Shown here piece after piece: positions 27,460-38,734 of a stretch of DNA of 64,000 nucleotides; positions within the stretch are counted from its first letter, which is position 1, and every line of letters begins with the position of its first letter. The stretch comes from an uncultured Gammaproteobacteria bacterium (GTDB taxonomy: Bacteria; Pseudomonadota; Gammaproteobacteria; Steroidobacterales; Rariloculaceae): the NCBI GenBank assembly GCA_964553875.1, contig CAZKNH010000003.1, positions 5,850 through 69,849 of the forward strand, read 5' to 3'. The translations under genes were made by a program, and so were the position numbers. The notes beneath the pieces are model-generated. The model was not told the DNA's origin. It did no database searches and saw only the letters and a list, made by a program, of their open reading frames with translations.

Positions 27460-27954
27460 TCACTGCCGCAGGCGCCACGTGACGCGGTCGGCCGCATCGA
27501 TCAGCCCGTGCTCGAGGAGCCACGCGCGCGCAAAGCGTGCGTCGCCGCGCCACCACGCACCCGCCGAGCCTTCCCGGAAGCTGTAACCCCACGCGTCCAT
27601 ATCGGCGAGCGCCTTGTCCCGCCCGAAACCGGGCAGCCAATCGGCCAACAGGACCTGCAGGTAGCAGACCGCGCATTCCTCGAGCGCCGTGCCGCCCGCG
27701 TCCTTCACGAGCCCGCGGCGCCGGTCCGGGCTCATGCAGACGTAGTGGCCGAGCTCGTGCAGCAGCGAATGGGCCGGGGTGTCGCCGCGCACGTAGACGC
27801 GGTTGCCCTCGAGCCCGGCCTCCGGCGCGCCCCAGTACGAGTACGGGATCGGCTCGCCGTCCGGCACGAGCACGAGACGCGCACCGTACCTCGACACGCA
27901 GTCGAGGACCGCCTCGCGCGGCAGCGCTCTCAGCTCCGTGACTTCGGGCGTCAC
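27460..27954 (-). CDS. Hypothetical protein with HExxH motif (putative small metallopeptidase-like)
   Basis: It contains ...TPAHSLLHELGHYVCM... . The start was set at GTG 27954, since the track ORF extends into lptE. I recognise no family. Confidence 0.5.
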   Translation of the reverse strand: MTPEVTELRALPREAVLDCVSRYGARLVLVPDGEPIPYSYWGAPEAGLEGNRVYVRGDTPAHSLLHELGHYVCMSPDRRRGLVKDAGGTALEECAVCYLQVLLADWLPGFGRDKALADMDAWGYSFREGSAGAWWRGDARFARAWLLEHGLIDAADRVTWRLRQ

Positions 27955-27992
27955 GTCAGGTCGACTGGGAGCAACGCACGGCGGACCCGATA

Positions 27993-28511
27993 TCAGGACG
28001 CCGGCAACGGGCCGTGCCGACGTCTCGCCTCGATCCGGCGCAGCACCCGGCGCGCGAGATCCTCGGCGAGCGCCTGGCGCAGGATCCGCTCCTCGGCGGT
28101 CTTGCCGAGCAGCTCGTTCTCGTTCCACGCATAGACGCGCGTCGCCACGATCGACTCGGGCTGAATCAGCTCTTCCCCGCCCGCTTCGAGCGAGAACGTG
28201 ACCGCGTAGTAGATCTCGTACTCGCGCGGCACGTTCCGGGCAGTCACGGACATCACGCGCTCGTCCGTGCTGTCCTCGAGGATCCTCAGGATCGATGTCG
28301 CGTCCTCGGGCCGTTCGACGATCTCCGCGCCCCGGCGCCGCAGCGCCTCGCGGAGGCTCGCATAGAACTCGGACCTCGGCTCATCGGTCTCGAGATATGT
28401 GCGGGCCATCGCGCTCGGCAAGGGCTCGGCGCCCTGCAGCGCGAAACCGCAGCCTTCGACGAGCGCCGCACAGAGCACGGCGGACAGCACGGATCTGATC
28501 TTCGGGTACAT
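27993..28511 (-). CDS. lptE: LPS-assembly lipoprotein LptE
   Basis: The lipoprotein signal is [27 protein letters not shown] (Cys followed by GF.L.G, as in LptE/RlpB). It is ~170 aa. The start was set at ATG 28511. Confidence 0.7.
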   Translation of the reverse strand: MYPKIRSVLSAVLCAALVEGCGFALQGAEPLPSAMARTYLETDEPRSEFYASLREALRRRGAEIVERPEDATSILRILEDSTDERVMSVTARNVPREYEIYYAVTFSLEAGGEELIQPESIVATRVYAWNENELLGKTAEERILRQALAEDLARRVLRRIEARRRHGPLPAS

Positions 28512-28693
28512 CGGCTGAATGGAGTCGGACGCGTCCCCGACGCGACCGCCGGCCGGCGAACGCATCGGCTTACGCCTGCGGGACGACGGCTGCCCGGTTT
28601 GCTTCCGCAGGCAATCCCGTTAGCATCGAGCATCCGCACCGCTTTGACAACCGCCGCCGGCCGGACGCCGGCGGACGGGCTCACAGGGACGAC

Positions 28694-31303
<2,610 letters not shown>

Positions 31304-31431
31304 GCCGGCGGCCTCGTGCCGACGGCGTGAAGCTCGCGTCGGCGGTCGAGCCGACGGCGCGGCACTTCTGATCGAGGGCTCAAGCGCAGGCGTTCGGCCG
31401 TCCACGTCGGCCGGCGCCCGGTGAGGCGAGC

Positions 31432-33276
31432 ATGCACGGCTCTCGCGTCCGCACCGGACTCGTCGCCGCCGCCGCGGCCCTCGCCGCTTTCTGCCCCGCC
31501 GCCTTTCCGCAGCCGCGCGCGCACCTCCCGCCGGCCGAGCGCGTCGTCGTCGTCGCGGACGTGCACGGCGCGTATGCCGAGCTCGCGGCGCTCCTGCGCG
31601 CGACGGGGCTCGTCGACGACGGGCTCCGCTGGAGCGGCGGCGCCGCCCGTCTCGTGAGCCTCGGCGACCTGGTCGACCGAGGCGCCGAGTCGCGCCGCGT
31701 GCTCGATCTCCTGATGCGCCTCGAGGCGGACGCAGCACGAAGCGGCGGCGGCGTCCATGTTGTGCTCGGCAACCACGAGGTCATGAACCTCGTCGGCGAC
31801 CTAAGGTACGTCGCGCCGGGCGAGCTCGCCGCGTTCGCCGCGGAGGAGTCCGATGCGGACCGCGCGGCCGCGCTCGAGCGCTTCCGCGCGCGCATCGACT
31901 CGGGCGAACAGGACACCGTCGCCGCGTTCGAGCGGCTCTATCCGCGAGGCTACTTTGCGCATCGGCGTGCGTTCGCGCCGGACGGCCGGTACGGCCGGTG
32001 GCTGCTGTCGCTGCCGTCGCTCGTCGTCGTCGGCGACACGGCCTTCGTGCACGGCGGATTGTCGGAGCCGATCATCGCCGAGCTCGCGGGAGAGCGGCCC
32101 GCGGACACCCTGAACCGCCGAGTCGAAGCGCGCCTCCGCCGCTATCTCGAGCTTCGTGCGCGGCTCGCCGACGCAGGGCTCCTGCCCGCCGACGATGCGC
32201 GTCGCGACCTCGAGCTCGTCGAAGCGGCGGCCGCGCGCGGAGCGGCGAGCACGGGCAGTCCCGACGACGGTTCGATCGCAGACCTGCTCGAAGCCTTCCT
32301 CGAGGAGGCCGCGTCGCCCGAGCTCGGGCTCGACGGCCCGCACTGGTATCGCGGCGCGATCTATTGCCCGCCGCTGCTCGAGCGGCCGGTGCTCGAGCTC
32401 GCGCTCGAGCGCCTCGGCGCGGCGCGAATCGTCGTCGGTCATACACCGACGCCGGACCGCCGCGCGCGGGCGCTGCACGACGGACGCCTGATCACCCTCG
32501 ACACCGGAATGCTCGTCGAAGCCTATTCGGGACGCCCCGCCGCGCTCGTCATCGAGAACGACACGACGTACGTGCAATACATCGATCCCGACGAGCGGCG
32601 ACCGCTCGAAACCGATGTAATTGAAGCCTATGGCCTCACCGAGGCGGAGCTCCTCGATACGCTCCGCGACGGGGACATCGTGCCGAGCACGAGCACGGAC
32701 GAGGTCATCGACGTCGTCGTCCGTCACGACGGCAAGACGATCGACGCGCGTCACTTCCGGGACGCGAAAACGGCGTCGCGCGAGCTCGCGGCGCATCGGC
32801 TCGATCGCCTGCTCGGGCTCGGCCTCGTGCCGCCGACCGTCGCCCGCGACGGCCGCGCGCTTCAGCTTCGCTATCCCGACGCTGTCTCGGAGGCCGACCG
32901 GATCGAGCGCGGCATCCCGCTCGGCGAGTGGTGCGCGCTCGATCCGCAGGTCGCGATGCTGCGAGCGTTCGATGCGCTGATCGCGAACCCCGCACGGCGG
33001 GCCGACACCGTGCTGTTTCGCGTCGAGCAGCCGCTCGTGAAATCGATCGGCCACGAGCGCGCCTTCGGCACCGGACGCCGGCTCGGCAGCGACGCGCCCG
33101 ACGAGCTGCCCGCTCCGCTCGTCGCCGCGCTCGCGACGCTCGACACGGGAACCCTCGCGGCGGAGCTCGGCGACTGGCTCGACCCGCGGCAGATCCGCTC
33201 GTTCGTCGCCCGCCGCGACGTGCTGCTCGACCGCGCCCGAGAGCGAGCCGGGAGCGCGCCCGACGCTCGCCGCTGA
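31432..33276 (+). CDS. Exported PPP-type metallophosphoesterase with a C-terminal kinase-like (probably degenerate) domain
   Basis: The signal-like N-terminus is MHGSRVRTGLVAAAAALAAFCPAAF. The phosphoesterase motifs are VVVADVHG, SLGDLVDRG, VLGNHE, FVHGG and VVGHTP. The C-terminal ~220 aa (RELAAHRLDRLLGLGLVPPTV...FDALIANPARRADTVLF...GHERAFG) parallel the core of the next gene. Confidence 0.75.
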   Translation: MHGSRVRTGLVAAAAALAAFCPAAFPQPRAHLPPAERVVVVADVHGAYAELAALLRATGLVDDGLRWSGGAARLVSLGDLVDRGAESRRVLDLLMRLEADAARSGGGVHVVLGNHEVMNLVGDLRYVAPGELAAFAAEESDADRAAALERFRARIDSGEQDTVAAFERLYPRGYFAHRRAFAPDGRYGRWLLSLPSLVVVGDTAFVHGGLSEPIIAELAGERPADTLNRRVEARLRRYLELRARLADAGLLPADDARRDLELVEAAAARGAASTGSPDDGSIADLLEAFLEEAASPELGLDGPHWYRGAIYCPPLLERPVLELALERLGAARIVVGHTPTPDRRARALHDGRLITLDTGMLVEAYSGRPAALVIENDTTYVQYIDPDERRPLETDVIEAYGLTEAELLDTLRDGDIVPSTSTDEVIDVVVRHDGKTIDARHFRDAKTASRELAAHRLDRLLGLGLVPPTVARDGRALQLRYPDAVSEADRIERGIPLGEWCALDPQVAMLRAFDALIANPARRADTVLFRVEQPLVKSIGHERAFGTGRRLGSDAPDELPAPLVAALATLDTGTLAAELGDWLDPRQIRSFVARRDVLLDRARERAGSAPDARR

Positions 33277-33292
33277 GACGGGCGGGCGCATC

Positions 33293-33320
33293 GCGACACT
33301 CTTGCTCTCGAGAGTGTCGC
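33293..33320 (+). other. Intercistronic hairpin (10-bp perfect stem)
   Basis: The stem is GCGACACTCT, the loop TGCTCTCG, and the return arm AGAGTGTCGC. It lies between the phosphoesterase stop and the GGAGGGG RBS of the next gene. Confidence 0.5.
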
Positions 33321-33339
33321 CATTTCGGAGGGGAACGCC

Positions 33340-34641
33340 ATGAGCCCCGAGTCGCCCGCAGAGCTCACGCGCCGACCGAGACGTCGGCGTCTCTCGGCCG
33401 CCGCGCTCGTCCTCGTCCTCGCGCACGCCGGCGCCGCCGACGGAGAAGGAGACGCCGTGCCCGAGCTTTTCGCGGATCGTGCACCGCTCGCATTCGAGCT
33501 CGTGCTCGATCGCCGCGCATTGTGCCGCCCGCGGCCGAGCAGGCCATGCGCATCGACGCCCGCGTCACTAACTTATCGCACCGCGGCGGGGCCGGCACAC
33601 CGGCTCGACGTCCTCGTGCGTGCAAGGGGCGGCTGGCGTGACGCCCACTGCGACGTTCCGCCGCTTCTCATCGAGATCGCGGCGCCGCCGGAAAGCGGCC
33701 CCTTCTCGGGGCAGACCCTGCTGCCGCTCACGACTCATTGCCGAACGGCGTCGTCGCGTTACGAGCAATACGTGCTCAAGGAGTATCTCGCGTACCGCCT
33801 CTACGAGCTTTTCACGCACAAGAGCTTACGCGTGCGCCTCGCGCGCATCACGTATCGGGACGTCGGTAAGCGGGGCCGGGCCGTCGAGCGCTTCGGTTTC
33901 GTCGTCGAGCACTTCGATCACCTCGCCGGCCGGCATGGCACGACGCTCCAGAACGCCGGCACGCTCCGGCTGTCCGACGCCGACGCATTCGAGCTCGCGA
34001 CCCTCGAGCTCTTTCAGTACCTGCTCGGCAATACGGACTGGTCGATCGTCGCCGGGCACAACGTCGTTCGCATGCGCGACGGTCAAGGCGTGGTGAGCGC
34101 GGTGCCGTACGACTTCGACTTCGCAGGGCTCGTCGGCGCGCCCTACGCATCGCCGCCGCCGAACCTTCCTCTGCGCAGTGTCCGCGAGCGGCTCTTCCGC
34201 GGCTTCTGTCATTCGCGGCTCGACTGGGAGCGGCTGTTCACCCGATTCGTCGAGCAGCGTGCCGGGGTGCTCGCGCTGATCGACGACGTGCCCGGGCTCG
34301 AGCGCGCGCAGCGCGACGACGTGCGCGACTATGTGCTCGACTTCTTCGATGTCATCGCGTCTCCGGAGAAGCGACGGCGAGAGATCGTCGGCGCGTGCCG
34401 TCCGATCGCCGAAACGTCATCCGCACAACCGCGTCCCGCGGAAGCCGCGCGCGGCCGGTCCGAGCGACGCTTCGCCGTGAACGCCGCAGCTTGCGTGCGG
34501 CACGATGTCGAGGCATATATGGGGCACGCTCCTAGCACGACACCTCCGCCGGCCCGAATACGACGGAGGGTCGCCCTCGAAGCGCTTGCGGCCGCGCCTG
34601 CGGCAATCCTCGTGCCGCATCCGACGACCGTCCGGTCTTGA
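33340..34641 (+). CDS. Exported hypothetical protein with HipA/PI3-4-kinase-like motifs
   Basis: The Arg-rich signal-like N-terminus is RRPRRRRLSAAALVLVLAHAGAADG, with GGAGGGG as RBS. Conserved-looking blocks are EYLAYRLYELF, LFQYLLGNTDWSIVAGHNVV and VPYDFDFAGLVGAPYASP. I cannot name the family. Confidence 0.6.
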   Translation: MSPESPAELTRRPRRRRLSAAALVLVLAHAGAADGEGDAVPELFADRAPLAFELVLDRRALCRPRPSRPCASTPASLTYRTAAGPAHRLDVLVRARGGWRDAHCDVPPLLIEIAAPPESGPFSGQTLLPLTTHCRTASSRYEQYVLKEYLAYRLYELFTHKSLRVRLARITYRDVGKRGRAVERFGFVVEHFDHLAGRHGTTLQNAGTLRLSDADAFELATLELFQYLLGNTDWSIVAGHNVVRMRDGQGVVSAVPYDFDFAGLVGAPYASPPPNLPLRSVRERLFRGFCHSRLDWERLFTRFVEQRAGVLALIDDVPGLERAQRDDVRDYVLDFFDVIASPEKRRREIVGACRPIAETSSAQPRPAEAARGRSERRFAVNAAACVRHDVEAYMGHAPSTTPPPARIRRRVALEALAAAPAAILVPHPTTVRS

Positions 34642-34676
34642 CCGTCATTTCCGTGCGTATCCGCGCGAGGTCGAGC

Positions 34677-37600
34677 ATGGGAGGCGAGGCGGCGACGGTG
34701 CGATTCATCGGCCCGAAGGGCGCCGGATGGATCGCTCTATGCCTGTCCGCGCCGTGCTGGGCTCAGGTCGATGCTGTCGATGACGTAACGGAGCTTCGCG
34801 CGGGCAGCGTGTCGAGCGCTCGGCAGGACGCGAGGCAGCGCGTCGACTACGCGTTCGAGGCGACGGCGGGCCGAACCTACCTGATCGAGCTCGATCAACA
34901 GGGACTCGACTTCGTACTGAGCATCGAGGATCCGCGTGGCGACGCACGCACGTACGGCTCGCCGTTGCTGCGCGACGAACGCGAGATCGTGCTGCTCGAG
35001 GATGCGCAGTCGGGGATCTATCGCGTCTCGGTCTTTTCCGAGGAGTTCTCGGCGGCTTCCGGCCGGCACGCGATCCGACTCTCCGCTCCGACACCCGGCG
35101 AAGATACGCGCGTGTGGGCCGCGATGAGCGCGGGCGCCGCCGCCTATCGACGCGGCGGCGAGCAAGGCTGGGCGGATGCGATCTCTGCGTACGAGACCGC
35201 GGCCGGGCTTGCGAGAGAGAGCGGTAGACACCGCGAGGTCGCGCACGCCCTCTTCGGCATCGCGGCGATCGAATACTGGTATCGCTACGCATGGACGCGC
35301 GCGGCGGAGCTCGCGAAGGAAGCGGCGCAACTCTATGCCGACCTCGACCAGCCTCTCCTCGAAGCGAGCGCGTTGCATCTCCGCGCGGCCGCGCTGATCG
35401 AGGAGGCGACTACCGTGCCGCGAACGTCGAGCGCCGGTCTCGCACCCCGGGCCCGGGCGCTGTTCGACGAAGCGCTCGACCTCTTCGACCGCGTGCGCCG
35501 CACTTTCGAGCGGCGCGGCCGATCGTACGAGGCGGGCCTCGCGATCAACAACGTCGGTCTTACGTACTACTACATGGGAGAGTACGCCGCCGCGCGCGCG
35601 TCGTGGGACGAGGCGGCTCGGCTCTTCCGGCGCCTCGGCGAGTGGGACAAAGAATTGACGGCCCTCGGCAATCAAGCCGTGATCGCTGCCGAGCAGGGCC
35701 GCCTCGCCGATGCGATCGCGATCTTCGAACGCAGCCTCGATCTCCTTTCGGCCGATCACCCGGACCGGGCGCTCACGCTCGACAATCTCGCCGCGACGCA
35801 CTACGCGCGCGGCGACTTCGACGACGCGCTGCGCACCTTCTCCGCGGCGCTCGACCTGCACAGGCGGAACGACGACGGCAAGGGCGAGGCGCACGCTTTG
35901 CGCGGGATCGGCTCGACCTACTTCGCACTGGGCCACCTCGAGCTCGCGACAGCGTTCCTCGAGCGAGCCTTGCCGCTCGCCCGGGAGAGCGGCGATGGAC
36001 GCAACGAGAAGAGCATCCGCGGCCTCTTGGGCAACGTCGCGTTCCTCGAAGGCGAGCACGAGGAGGCGCTCAATCATCATCGCGCGGCGCTCGCGCTCGC
36101 GACGGCGCCGACCGACGCTGCCGTCGTGCAGGTGCTGCTCGCGAAAGACCTCGTCGCGCTCGGTCGCCACGCCGCGGCAGGTGCGCTCGCCGCGGAGGCG
36201 CGGGCGACGGCAGAGGCCGCCGGCGCGAAGCTTCTCGTCGCCGATGCGCTTCAGCAGAGCGGACAGGCGCGGCTCGGGCTCGGCCGGACCTTGGAGGCGG
36301 CCGCCGACTTCCGACGCGCGCTCGCGGTCTATCGCGAGCTCGGTGTGTCGACGAAGGAGTCCGAGGCTCTGCACGGCATCGCGGAGAGCGCCGCGGCCGA
36401 CGGCCGGCTCGACGACGCCGTTCGCTACGGCAACGCGTCGCTCGTGGCGCTCGAAGCGGAACGCATTCGGATCGCGGCTCCGGAGCTGCGCGCGCACTAC
36501 GCTGCGATCCGCCGCGGCTACTACGAGGCGCAGATCGAGAGGCTGATGACCCTCCATCGTGCGGCGCGCGGCGGGGAAACGGATGCGCATCTCCTCGCCG
36601 CGTTCGAGACGAGCGAACGATCGCGTGCGCGTGTGCTGCTCGATCTGATGCACGAGACCGCGGACGACGACACGGCGACGGCGGACGATCGCTCGGCTCG
36701 CGAACGCGCGCGCCTGATCGAACGGCTCGCCGGGCTTCGCCACCGCCGCGATTCCTTGCTCGCCGCGCCTCCGACGGCGCAGACGGAAACCGAAGTCGCG
36801 GAGGCCGTCGCCGAGATGACGGTCGTCGACAACGAGCTCAAGGTGCTCGAGACGGCGCTTCGCTCGAAAGACGAGCGCTCGGCGCTCGCGCCCGCGAGTC
36901 CGCTGTCGCTCGACGAGATCCAGGCCGGGCTCGACGAACATTCGTTTCTCGTGCAGTACGCGCTCGGCGAGCGGCGGAGCCACGCGTGGATCGTCACGAA
37001 GTCGGCCGTGCACGCGGTCGAGCTCGCGCCGCGAGAGGCGCTCGAGTCGGCGGCGCGACGCGCCCATGATGCGCTCGCGCGCTACGACGCGAGCGCATCC
37101 AGAACGGAGCAGCTCGAAGAGCGCCTCGACTCGCTCGCGGAAGCGGTGCTCGCGCCGGTCCGTCCGTATCTAGGCGACGGGGGACGCATCGTCTTCTCGG
37201 CCGACGGCGCATTGCAGTACGTGCCGTTCGGCGTGCTGCGCGATACCGCGAGCGACGGTCGTCGGCTGATCGAGCAGTACGAGATCGCGGCCGTGCCGTC
37301 GGTGTCTGCCGTGCTGTCGTCGCGTGCCGCAACGCGCCCTGAGATCGCCGCGAACCGCGTCGCCGTGATCGCGGACCCCGTGTTCGAGCCCGACGATGCA
37401 AGGCTCGCAGGCATCCGCACGAGCCGCGAGCCGTCGCCGCGCAACCCGCCCGCGGAGCTCGAGCCCCGCTCCGCGCTCCTCGCCGAGCCCCTCGCACGGC
37501 TGCCGTTCGCAGGACGCGAAGCATCGGCGATCGCCGCCCTCGTCCCTCCTGACGACCGCCTCGTGCTCACCGGCGTCGCTGCGAGCCGCGACGCGGTATT

Positions 37601-38069
37601 GAACGCCGATCTCGGCCTCTATCGATTCGTGCACTTCGCTACGCACGGCTTCGTCGATTCGCGCTATCCGTCGCTCTCGGGCCTCGCGCTGTCCGGCATC
37701 GACGAGCACGGCGCGCCGCGCGACGGCTTTCTCCGTCTCGACGACATCCGCGTGCTGCGCCTCGATGCCGACGTCGTCGTGCTGAGCGCATGCGAGACCG
37801 CGCTCGGCCGCGAGATTCGCGGCGAGGGTTTGCTGGGGCTCACGCATGCGTTCATGCAGGCCGGGGCGCGCAGCACGGTCGCGAGCCTATGGCAGGTTCC
37901 CGACCGGGCAACCGCGGAGCTGATGAGCCGCTTCTACGCCGGAATGCTCGAGCGAGGCCTCCGGCCCACGGAGGCGTTGCGCGCGGCGCAGCTCGAGATC
38001 GCGGCGGAGCGGCGCTGGCGGGATCCGTATTTCTGGGGCGCTTTCGTGCTGATGGGCGACTGGCGCTAG
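34677..38069 (+). CDS. Exported PPC-like / TPR / CHAT-domain protein (caspase-like protease, 1130 aa)
   Basis: The signal-like N-terminus is MGGEAATVRFIGPKGAGWIALCLSAPCWAQV. The N-terminal beta-sandwich-like block is YAFEATAGRTYLIELDQQGLDFVLSIEDPRG...GIYRVSV. About 600 aa of TPR_10/12-type repeats follow (e.g. NNVGLTYYYMGEYAAARASWDEA, LDNLAATHYARGDFDDALRTF). The C-terminal CHAT domain has FVHFATHG (His codon 37644-37646) and VVVLSACETALG (Cys codon 37791-37793). The start was set at ATG 34677 (GAGG upstream); the track start is TTG 34638. Confidence 0.85.
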   Translation: MGGEAATVRFIGPKGAGWIALCLSAPCWAQVDAVDDVTELRAGSVSSARQDARQRVDYAFEATAGRTYLIELDQQGLDFVLSIEDPRGDARTYGSPLLRDEREIVLLEDAQSGIYRVSVFSEEFSAASGRHAIRLSAPTPGEDTRVWAAMSAGAAAYRRGGEQGWADAISAYETAAGLARESGRHREVAHALFGIAAIEYWYRYAWTRAAELAKEAAQLYADLDQPLLEASALHLRAAALIEEATTVPRTSSAGLAPRARALFDEALDLFDRVRRTFERRGRSYEAGLAINNVGLTYYYMGEYAAARASWDEAARLFRRLGEWDKELTALGNQAVIAAEQGRLADAIAIFERSLDLLSADHPDRALTLDNLAATHYARGDFDDALRTFSAALDLHRRNDDGKGEAHALRGIGSTYFALGHLELATAFLERALPLARESGDGRNEKSIRGLLGNVAFLEGEHEEALNHHRAALALATAPTDAAVVQVLLAKDLVALGRHAAAGALAAEARATAEAAGAKLLVADALQQSGQARLGLGRTLEAAADFRRALAVYRELGVSTKESEALHGIAESAAADGRLDDAVRYGNASLVALEAERIRIAAPELRAHYAAIRRGYYEAQIERLMTLHRAARGGETDAHLLAAFETSERSRARVLLDLMHETADDDTATADDRSARERARLIERLAGLRHRRDSLLAAPPTAQTETEVAEAVAEMTVVDNELKVLETALRSKDERSALAPASPLSLDEIQAGLDEHSFLVQYALGERRSHAWIVTKSAVHAVELAPREALESAARRAHDALARYDASASRTEQLEERLDSLAEAVLAPVRPYLGDGGRIVFSADGALQYVPFGVLRDTASDGRRLIEQYEIAAVPSVSAVLSSRAATRPEIAANRVAVIADPVFEPDDARLAGIRTSREPSPRNPPAELEPRSALLAEPLARLPFAGREASAIAALVPPDDRLVLTGVAASRDAVLNADLGLYRFVHFATHGFVDSRYPSLSGLALSGIDEHGAPRDGFLRLDDIRVLRLDADVVVLSACETALGREIRGEGLLGLTHAFMQAGARSTVASLWQVPDRATAELMSRFYAGMLERGLRPTEALRAAQLEIAAERRWRDPYFWGAFVLMGDWR

Positions 38070-38073
38070 CCGC

Positions 38074-38098
38074 GCCGTGACGCGAATCGCGTTACGGC
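38074..38098 (+). other. Hairpin just after the CHAT gene
   Basis: The stem is GCCGTGACGCG, the loop AAT, and the return arm CGCGTTACGGC (11-bp stem with one G-T pair). No T-run follows, so it is probably an intercistronic stabiliser or attenuator rather than a full terminator. Confidence 0.4.
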
Positions 38099-38142
38099 GT
38101 CGCGATCACTCGACGCCGATACCGATAACAAGGAGAGCCACG

Positions 38143-38670
38143 ATGAGATTCAGGCACTATCGCGCGATGCTCGCCGCATCGGTTCTTGCGGCTCCGATCT
38201 GCGACGTGCCCGCACAGCAGCCCGTGCAGGCACCGATCGAGGAGCTCGAGGAGGCGATCGCGCAAGAAGCGTTGCCGCTCGGCCCGCAGCCGCGCCCGGC
38301 TCATACGGTGCTGCGCGTGGAGGCTGCCGGCGCGCACCTCGAAGTCGGGCAACGGTTCAGCTTCATAGGACCGCTCGAGCCGAACGGGGACTACATCGTG
38401 ATTCCGCACGGCGCTCTGCAGAACGCGCGCACCCGTTGGATATCCGGGCCCTACATCGCGCGGCGAGTCCCGAGCACGCGAAGCCTCTGGCGCCTGATGA
38501 ACGTGAGAGTGCGCGATTCGTACGAGCATCCGACGGAGAGCGTTCATGCGATCACGATGAACATCCTGGAGTCGACCGACGACGGCATCGTCCGGCTCGA
38601 GCTCTCCACGGAAAGGCATCGAGGAAGCCTCGGCGTGCATGGCGGTCACGCCCACCTGACGTCTTATTGA
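38143..38670 (+). CDS. Small exported hypothetical protein (175 aa)
   Basis: A strong RBS (AAGGAGA) lies 6 nt upstream of ATG 38143. The signal peptide is MRFRHYRAMLAASVLAAPICDVPAQQ. I recognise no family. Confidence 0.6.
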   Translation: MRFRHYRAMLAASVLAAPICDVPAQQPVQAPIEELEEAIAQEALPLGPQPRPAHTVLRVEAAGAHLEVGQRFSFIGPLEPNGDYIVIPHGALQNARTRWISGPYIARRVPSTRSLWRLMNVRVRDSYEHPTESVHAITMNILESTDDGIVRLELSTERHRGSLGVHGGHAHLTSY

Positions 38671-38734
38671 TCGGTTCGAGGGTCTTTGCGCGGCGGACAC
38701 GTGGGACGTGCTCGCCGCCGCCGGGAGAAGGCTC

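Noticed and set aside
38143-38670. Possibility that the small gene between the two proteases is a bacterial gasdermin (protease-activated pore former)
   Set aside because: At 175 aa with a cleavable signal peptide it is too short, it is exported, and it shows none of the gasdermin N-terminal pattern that I can recognise. The flanking proteases also appear exported rather than cytoplasmic.
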